Positions 55,467 to 64,000 of a stretch of DNA of 64,000 nt are shown piece by piece. Position 1 is the stretch's first letter. Each line of letters starts with the position of its first letter. The translations under genes and the position numbers were made by a program. The DNA comes from the human T2T-CHM13v2.0 reference genome, Homo sapiens, in the NCBI RefSeq assembly GCF_009914755.1, contig NC_060929.1, one strand, 5' to 3'. The notes below the pieces were generated by a model. That model made no database searches. It was given only the letters and a program-made list of their open reading frames with translations, and was not told where the DNA came from.

Positions 55467-56226
55467 ATTACTTTCAAGTTCAAGCTTCCTCAGATCCCTA
55501 GGAATGGACACAATACAGCCAAGTTATTTGCTAAAGCATAACAAATAACTTTTACTCCAGCTCCCAATAAGTTCCGCATTTCTAACTGAGATTCCAGCAT
55601 CCTTGGCATTATTGCCCTCGTCACTATCAGCATTTTGGACACAATGATTTCACTAGTCTCTAAGAAGTTCCAAACTTTTCTTCATTTTCTTATGTTCTTT
55701 TGAGCCCTCAACTTTCTTCCAACCTCTTCCTGTTACCCAATTCCAAAGCTACTTCCACATTTTCAGGTATCTTTACAGCATTATTTCCCTCATTGCTACC
55801 AATTTTCTATATTAGTCCATTCTTGCATTCCCATAAAGAAATACCTGAGACTGAATACTTTATAAAGAAAACATATTTAATTGACTCATGACTCTGCAGG
55901 CTGTACAGGAAGCATGATGGCATCTGCTTGGCTTCTGGAGAGGCCCCAGGTACCTTACAATTATGGCAGAAGATGAAGGGGGAGCAGGCATGTTACATGA
56001 CCAGAGCAGGAGCAAGAGAGTGACAGGGGAGGTGCCTCACACTTTTAAACAGCTAGATCTCATGAGAACTTACTATTTTGAGGATAGAACCAAGAAGATG
56101 GTACTAAATCATTCTTGAAAAACCCATCCCCATGATCCAATCACCTACCATCAAGCTCCACATCCAACACTGGGTATTACATATCAACATGAGATTCTGG
56201 CAGGAACACACAGTCAAACGATACCA
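55467..56226 (-). mobile_element. MST (A/B-like) LTR (55808-56226) with truncated internal region (55467-55807)
   Basis: MaLR-int sequence (cactatcagcattttgg...gttacccaattccaaagc) joined to LTR tattagtccattcttgcatt...ctgtacaggaagcatg... Confidence 0.9.
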
Positions 56227-56249
56227 TGCACAGAGGAAAATAAAAAGCA

Positions 56250-56760
56250 TCAACCATGGTGCCCATCAATGGTGGACTGGATAAAGAAAATGAATGTGGT
56301 TCATATACACCATGGAATACTACGCAGCCATAAAAAATGAAATCATGTATTTTGCAGCAACACAGATGCATCTAGAGGCCATTATCCTAAGCAAATTAAT
56401 ACAGAAGCAGAAAACTAAATATCATATGTTCTCACATATAAGTAAAAACTAAACTTATGTACACATGGACATAAAAAGGGGAACAATAGTCACCGGGGAA
56501 TCCAAAAGGAGGAAGGAAGGAAGGAAGGAAGGAAGGAAGGAAGGAAGGAAGGAAGGAAGGAGGGAGGGAAGGAAGGACGGAAGGAAGGACGGAAGGAAGG
56601 AAGGGAGAAAAGGGCTGAAAAACTTCCTATTGCATACCATGTTCACTATCTCAGTGATGAGATCAATAGAATCCCAAGTCTCAGCATTACCCAATATACT
56701 CTTGTAACAAATCTGCACAAGTACCCCCTGAACAGAAAATAAAACTTAAAATAAGACAAT
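56250..56760 (+). mobile_element. L1PA16/17-like 3' end
   Basis: tgcccatcaatggtggactggataaagaaaatg...gggctgaaaaacttcctattg...gtaacaaatctgcacaagtaccccctgaa. Confidence 0.88.
56508..56606 (+). repeat. (GGAA)n microsatellite
   Basis: 12 consecutive GGAA units (56511-56558) followed by GGAG/GGAC-interrupted units. Confidence 0.95.
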
Positions 56761-56769
56761 AAGAAACAA

Positions 56770-58066
56770 AACTCATGTTGAAATTTAATTGCCATGATAA
56801 CAGTATTAAGAGGTGAGATCTTTGAGAAGTAATTAGGCCAGGAGAGCTTCACCAATATAAGGGGATTAATGCCATTATAAATGGCATGAATTGACTCATT
56901 TTTGCCACTGTTTTTTTATACTTTAAGTTCTAGGGTACATGTGCACAATGTTCAGGTTTTTTAAGTATGTATACATGTGTCATGTTGGTTCACTGCACCC
57001 ATTAACTTGTCATTTACGTTAGGTATTTCTCCTAATGCTATCCCTCCCCCATCCCTCCACCCCATGACAGGCCCCCGTATGTGATGTTCCCCACCCTGTG
57101 TCCAAGTGTTCTCATTGTTCAATTCCAACCTATGATTGAGAACATGCGGTGCTTGGTTTTCTGTCCTTGCGATAGTTTGCTCAGAATGATGGTTTCCAGC
57201 TTCATCAATGTCCCTACAAAGGACATGAACCCAACCTTTTTTATGGCTGCATAGTATTCCATGGTGTGTATGTGCCACATTTTCTTAATCCAGTCTATCA
57301 TTGATGGACATTTGTGTTGGTTCCAAGTCTTTGCCATTGTGAATAGTGCTGCAATAAACATACATGTGCACGTGTGTTTATAGTAGCATGATTTATAAGC
57401 CTTTGGGTATATACCCAGTAATGGGATTGCTGGGTCAAATAGTATTTCTAATTATAGATCCTTGAGGAATCACCACACTGTCTTCCACAATGGTTGAACT
57501 AGTTTACATTTCCACTAACAGTGTAAAAGCATTCCTATTTCTCCACATCCTCTCCAGCACCTGTTGTTTCCTGACTTTTTAATGATCACCATTCTAACTG
57601 GTGTGAGATGGTATCTCACTGTGGTTTTGGTTTGCATATCTCTGACGACCAGTGATGATGAGCATTTTTTCATGTGTCTGTTGGCTGCATAACTGTCTTC
57701 TTTTGAAAAGTGTCTGTTCATATCCTTTGCCCACTTTTTGATGGGGTTGTTTGATTTTTTTCTTGTAAATTTGTTTAAGTTCTTTGTAGATTCTGGATAT
57801 TAGACCTTTGTCAGATGGGTAGATTGCAAAAATTTCCTCCCATTCTGTAGGTTGCCTGTTCACTCTGATGATAAGTTTCTTTTGCTGTGCAGACTCTTTG
57901 CACTACTACATTGTGTTATGTGAAGATGAGGCAAGAAAGTCTCAATATGTCGGCAACTGGATATTGTACTTTCCAGCCTCCAGAATTGTGAACCAATGTA
58001 TTTCTATTTACTATAAATTACCAGTCTTGGACATTCTGGTTTAAGAGCAGAACATGTACCAAGATA
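56770..58066 (+). mobile_element. MSTC/MSTD-like LTR split by an L1PA
   Basis: aactcatgttgaaatttaattgcca...taattaggcca before the L1 and ccagcctccagaattgtga...ataaattacc after it. Confidence 0.75.
56911..57893 (-). mobile_element. 5'-truncated L1PA (about L1PA5)
   Basis: tatactttaagttctagggtacatgtgcac 3' end; ORF2 C-terminal peptides on the minus strand; approximate TSD tttgccact / tttgcact. Confidence 0.95.
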
Positions 58067-58069
58067 CTC

Positions 58070-61000
58070 ACCAACAGTTCTTATTGTCTATTAAATAAAT
58101 ATTATTATATATATTCTACTGGATGTAATGTGATACCTCCTTTTGGCTTTCATTTGTATTTCTCCAATGATTATTGATATTGAGCAGGTTTACATGTATT
58201 GTATTTTTGTGTGTTTTGTTTGGATAAATTTCTAATCAAATCCTGCACTTGTTTTTAAATGAGCTGTTTGCTCTGTGTTATTGAATATATATATATATAT
58301 ACATACACACACACACACAAGGAGATAGATATATCGTCTATACATATGTATCCTCTCTATATAGGATATGAGGTGCTTTTCTTTTCTAGACAGGTTAGCT
58401 TATCTATTTATTTTTAAATAAAATGTATTGTTGTGGATCAGTTTTAGGTTCACAGAAAAATTGACCAGAAGGCACTAAGATTTCGCATATACTCCCTGCC
58501 CACACATATGCATGTCTTCCCCCATCATCAATATTCCCAAGTGTGATGTAGTTGTTACAATTTATGGCTCTACATTGACACATCATTATCACCTAAAGTT
58601 TATAATTTACATTAGGCTTCACTTTTGGTTTCCTTTATAAAGTATTGGACAAATGTAAAAGGATATGTATCTGCCAGTATAGTATTTTATAGAGTAGTTT
58701 CACTGCCCTAAAATTATTCTGTTTTCTGCATGTTTCCCTTCCTCCCTCCTAAACCCTAAACAATCAGTGATATTTTTACTTTCTTTATAGTTTTATATTT
58801 TACAAAATGTCATACAGTTAAATAATACAGTATGTAGCCTTTTTACTTTGGCTTATTTCAAGTACCAAAATATGTTTGTTTCCCTCCTACCTATTTATGA
58901 TTTGACAGCTTATTTCTTTTTAACCCTAAATAACATTTCAATGTCTGGATATGTGGCATGCTTTTTATCCATTTACTAACTGAGGACATCTTGGTTGTTT
59001 TCATGTTTTACTAATTATATATAAAGCTACTAAAACCATTAATGTGCAGGTTTTTGTGGAGATAGAAGTTTTCATCTCCTTTGGGTAAATACCAAAGAGA
59101 TGATTTTTAGATATCATGGTAAGAGAATATTTAGTTTTGTAAAAAAGTGCTGAGCTGTCTTCCAAAGTGGCTGTGCCATTTTGCATTTCCATATCAATAA
59201 ATAATAAATCAGAGTTCTTTTGCTGCACATCCTTTCCAGAATTTGGTGTTGACAGTTTTGGATTTCAGCTGCTCTAGTAGGTTTGTTGTGGTATCTAATT
59301 AATGCTTTCATTCTCATTTCCCTGATAATATATTATGTGGAGCATCTCTTCATATGTTTGTTATCTGTATATCTTTGCTGAGATATCTAATAAGGTCTTT
59401 GGCCCTTTTATTCATGAGGTTATTTTTTTTATTGTTGATATTTCAGAATTATTTGCACATGTTGAAGAACAGTCCTCTATCAAATATAGTTTTGCAAATA
59501 TTCCCTCCCAATCTATGGCTTTTCTTTTTATTACTTAATGGTGTTTTTTCACAGAACAAAACTTTTTAATTTTATTGAAGTCCAGCTCATCAATCCTTTC
59601 TTTCATAGATCATGTCTTTGATGTTGTACATAAAAAGTCATAACGAAACTCAACATCTAAATTTTCTCCTATAATACCTTCTATAAGTTTTATAGGGTTT
59701 TGTTTCACATTTAAATCTGTAATTCACATTGAGTTAATTTTTAGGAAAGGTATTAAAAAGTTTGTGTCTAGATTCATTTGCTTCCATGTGGATTACCAGT
59801 ATTTGTCAGTACGATTTGTTCCAAAGACTATCTTTTTTTCTATTGTATTGCCTTTGCTCCTTTGTCAAAGATCAGTTTACTATATGTATGTGGGTCTATT
59901 TCTGTGCTCTCTATTCTGTTGTATTAATTTATTCATCTATTACTTTGCCAATATCACACTTCCTTGATTACAATAGGTTTATAGTAAAATTTAAAGTCAG
60001 ATAGTGTTTGTCTTTTAACTTTGTCCTTCTCCTTCAATATGGTTTCAGCTATCCTGGGTCTTTTGCCTCTCAATATGAACTTTAGACTCAGTTTGTTGAT
60101 AGCCACAAACCAACTTGCTGAGATTTGAAGGAGATTGCATTGAATTTATACAATAAATTGAAGAGAACTGACATCTTGACAATATCGAGTCTTCCTATCT
60201 ATAAAAAGGGAATATACTAAACTCTTTCCAGATACGTGATTTGCAATATTTCCTTCTGTTGTGTCATTGTGTTTTGCTTTCTTGATATCTTTTTAAAGAA
60301 ACACATACACACACAACAACAACAACATCAATAACAACAAAACAAATCATCTATTTATCTTTGGTTACTTGTTTTTTGAGTGTCTTATCTAAAAATTCAT
60401 TTTCTAATCTGTAGTCACAAAGATTTATACCTATGTTTGCTTAGTTGCTTAGTAGACATATACACTTTTAGCTCTTACATTTAGTTGTTTGATCAATTTT
60501 TAGTTAATTTTTACATGTGGCCTGAAGTATGAATCTGATGTCATTTTTTTTTACTGAATATTGTTTTCCCATCATTATTGTTTGAAAAGACTACTCATTT
60601 TTTATTTAATTTCCTCGACATTCTTATCAAAACATGTATGACTTTATTTCTGGGCTTTTAATTGATGTGTATGTCTAGGTTTAATATGGTATTACTTAGT
60701 CCTATTTACTCTTGTTTTGGAAAAACATTATGAAATTTGCAGGAATGTGATCCCTCCAGTATTTTAAGGTTACTTTCGATATTCTTATATCTTTGCATTA
60801 TGTATAAATTTTAGAAGCAACATGTCAATTACCACAAAAAAAACACTGAATTTGGATTTACATTGTATTGAATCTATTGATCATTTTGGAGAGGATTACT
60901 ATTTTAATAATATTTAATCAGTTCATGATCCCAGGAAATATTTCCATTGATTTATATTATTTTTAATTTATTTTAATAGTGTTTTGTAGTTTGATGTGTA

Positions 61001-62090
61001 CATGTCTTGCATTTCTTTTGTTAAAATTATTCCTAAGTATTTTATTATATTTTATGCTAATATGAATTGAATTATTTTTATAATTTCAATTTTGGATTTT
61101 CCATTGTTACTGCACAGAATTACCATTAATATTTATATGTTGATTTCATGTCTTGTGACTTCACTGAACTCATTTCTTAGCTCTAATAGTGTGTATATAT
61201 GTTTATTTCTTAATAGATTCTAGGTATATGATTATGTCATCTACAAAATCATTTTAACATACATCTATTTTTGTTTTCTTGCCTAATTTATCTTGTCTAA
61301 AACATTCAGTACAATGTTGAATTAAAGTAGCAAGAGCAAACATCCATATGCTAATGTTTAGAGAAAGCTTTTTCTCTCAATATAAATATGATCTTAGCTG
61401 AGGATTTATAATAAATGCTCTTCATGAAGTTGAGCAATTTACTTCCCTCCTGTTTCTAGTTCACTATTTTTACCATAAAAAGGATTTGGTTTTTATCAAC
61501 AGCTTTTTCTGTATGTATTAAGATGATCATTGGGTTTTTTGTCCTTTTTCATTAATATGATGTATTATATTAATTAATTTTTATATGTTAAACCAACTCT
61601 GCAATCCTGGTATCAATACCATTTCATGGAGGACAGTCATTTTTATGTTACTGGATCTGGCTTTCTGAGATATCTTTGATAATTTTTATGTTCATAAGTG
61701 GTTTCTTTTTTAGTTTATTGATATCATGGATTACATTGGTTTTCAAATGTTAAACTTGCCTTGCACCTAAGAAATAAATTATATTTGGTTATGGTCTATA
61801 ATCCTCTTTTTTATGTTGGTAGATTCAGTTTTCTAAGTCATGGAGGATTTTTCACATGTATATTCATGATGAATTTTGATTTACATTTTTTTCTTGTGAA
61901 GTCTTCATGTCATTTTTGTATCACAGTAATACTGGCCTCATAGAAAGAGTTGTGAAGTATTCCCTCCTTCTGTATATATCTTAAAGCATCTATAAAAAGC
62001 CAGGGCTAATTTTTTAAAATGTTTGGTAGAGTTCATCAGGAAATCATATGTACTTGGGCTTGTCTTTGTAGGAAGTTTTCTATTTCTGTT
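58070..62090 (-). mobile_element. old L1M ORF2 (58070-58400 and 60215-62090) hosting a nested L1MC
   Basis: Antisense L1 ORF2 motifs (catttgtatttctccaatgatt, tttgttaaaattattcctaagtatttt, gtaatactggcctcataga). Confidence 0.75.
58405..60214 (-). mobile_element. L1MC1/2-like 3' UTR plus ORF2 end
   Basis: cagttttaggttcacagaaaaattga...tacattgacacatcattatcacc...gagtagtttcactgccctaaaa. Confidence 0.85.
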
Positions 62091-62149
62091 CTAGTGTGGA
62101 ATCTTATTTTTTTGTTCATAAAACTGCTTTGAAAAATAAATTCTGTCTG

Positions 62150-62560
62150 TTTAAAAATGGTAATACTTGATCACGTAAAAAATTTTAAAATATCAGAAAA
62201 AAAATTACAATGAGGAATATATTCCCATTGCCTTATATATGTAGAAACTTAGTTCTACTCTTCACAGGTAATCACAGGAATCAGTCCCTTCTAAACTATT
62301 CTGGAGACATCGCACATAAAAATATATTTATATGCATATTTGTCTCCCAAAATACCATCCAGAATGTTGTGAACCTTGCTTTTATATATACCTATATATC
62401 TTGGAGGTTAGCCTTCATCAGTGCATATTGAGCTACCTCATTCTACTTAACAGCTATGTAATTCTCCATTGAACAGTTATGTTACAATTTATTTAATCAT
62501 TGGCCTGAGGGTAATACTTGTACGTTTTCTAACCTTTTGCTACTAAAATAATAATGGATG
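62150..62560 (-). mobile_element. L1ME-like 3' fragment
   Basis: tatatcttggaggt...ctacctcattct...caatttatttaatcatt...ttttgctacta. Confidence 0.55.
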
Positions 62561-62599
62561 ATTTTAGACATCAGCTTTAGAAAAGACAGTACATTCAGC

Positions 62600-62800
62600 G
62601 GTTACTTACATCAGCTCTGGAACTGAAGCTGTTATGTTTTGAATCCAAATTTCTCCACTTAGCCTTGAACTATATAATTTTATCCAGTTCATTAATGTTT
62701 TTATAGCTTAGTTTCCTTAGTTGCAAGACACCAACTATTTCATAGGCAGAAATAATACAGTAATTTATAAAGGGCTAACAGACATATAGATATGTTAATA
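62600..62800 (+). mobile_element. MIR
   Basis: gctctggaact...tttgaatcca...ccacttag...cttagtttcct. Confidence 0.5.
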
Positions 62801-63968
62801 TTCGCTAATTGTATAATTTACTATATGGGTAAACATTGAATTTTTTTGGAATATATTCTGAATATTATGGTTTTTGACAAATATCAACTAATTTTAGAAA
62901 TCATCGTGTATGTTTTGAATCTAGGTTTTCTCAAAACTCTGCTTCATCTTTTCTTTAATTTTCTTTGTTTCATTTTTATAATAACCTGGGCAGAATAAAC
63001 ACATAAAAGTGCTTTAGGTTACTTCATACATATTTACAACACGTTTAAGCCATGAAATATACTGATCTTAATGATCATTTTATCATAAATGATTTAGTTT
63101 TTATCCTCATACCTTAACTAATTTAGAACATTTAAATATTTTACCTTTTGACTTATATAACAATATATATATATACCTCATTTCCATTTGTGTATTGATT
63201 ATAATTCAATCAATATTTATTGAATGTGATGTGTGTGATACCATAAGGTGGAAGTTGTTAGCACTACTTCTCTGGGGTTCACTTTTTCTCCTTCCACCAT
63301 TTACCATAATTTACACAGATGTAGATTTTTTTTGCAAATAGAAATTGTTAAGTGATTATAAACCCAGAAGATGTGTATTTACCTTTACTTTAGAGGATTT
63401 TCGTACTGTCCCTTGACTAATGCTAAACCAAACAGTTTTTGTCCCCCTTTTTCTGCAAACCATGTATCTGAGTATAGTAGTAAGAATGCTACCTTTAGTA
63501 AAGTGTATACATGCCAAGTCACCCCTATTCAAGAGGCTGCTAATTCAGCTTGAAATAGATAAACCGATTTTTCAATTCAGTTTGAAATAGATAATTTTTT
63601 CTAACTGTGTGGGAGAGACAGAAACCTACTATTCTCAGCCATAGTAAGGAAAGGTGCCCAGGCTCTGAAACACCTCCCTTCGTGCTTCAAACAAACCTGT
63701 ATTTCATTCTCAAGGTATTCCATGGCAAAGCAATCTGGCCGACCTTCAGCATGTGTGATTGTAATATTCAACAGCTGAAGAAGTTAAACACATTCTATTT
63801 TCTAGACAGTATTGCCTTCTACATATATCATTGTTTGTTCTTAGGTAAAGAATGTGTTTGTATATTAAAGAAACAGTAGAAGATAATCAGTGAGAGGAAG
63901 CTCAATAACATAGACTCTAGACTAAGGTTAACACCTAGAAAAAAATCAATGAAAGACAATCTTAAGCA

Positions 63969-64000
63969 GATATATATATATATACACACACACACTATAT
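63969..64000. repeat. (TA)n(CA)n microsatellite
   Basis: atatatatatatatacacacacacac at the window end. Confidence 0.85.

Noticed and set aside
56455-56718. ORFs with repeated EGRK / PSFL peptides
   Set aside because: Simple translation of the GGAA microsatellite.
53130-62090. Twin-priming inversion joining L1M(+) 53130-55383 and L1M(-) 58070-62090
   Set aside because: The two segments cover overlapping parts of ORF2, so they are more likely separate insertions.

Overview
AT-rich, repeat-dense primate genomic DNA, probably human or another ape (it carries an ERV9 LTR12C, THE1 MaLRs, AluS/J and L1PA elements), resembling a gene desert or very large intron. I can support no intact protein-coding gene, tRNA/rRNA or CRISPR array. 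Every ORF with a recognisable translation is broken L1 ORF1/ORF2, Tigger1 transposase, MaLR/LTR12 or Alu sequence. Main elements: a nearly full-length Tigger1 with TA target duplications (3786-6492), a long antisense L1MA carrying a MER4A LTR (14189-18870), a near full-length L1PA13/15-like element carrying a THE1 LTR (21975-27835), a complete LTR-int-LTR THE1A (36532-38730) and an LTR12C nested in a THE1 LTR (48879-50146). I found no new biological system. The most interesting signals are mechanistic: a probable L1 3' transduction, a 58-nt templated copy inside an old L1, an L1 fragment lacking both ends, a probable L1-mediated deletion, several nested insertions, and one unexplained CpG-retaining unique segment. 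Subfamily names come from recalled consensus sequences and need RepeatMasker/Dfam confirmation. Boundaries of old repeats are approximate.
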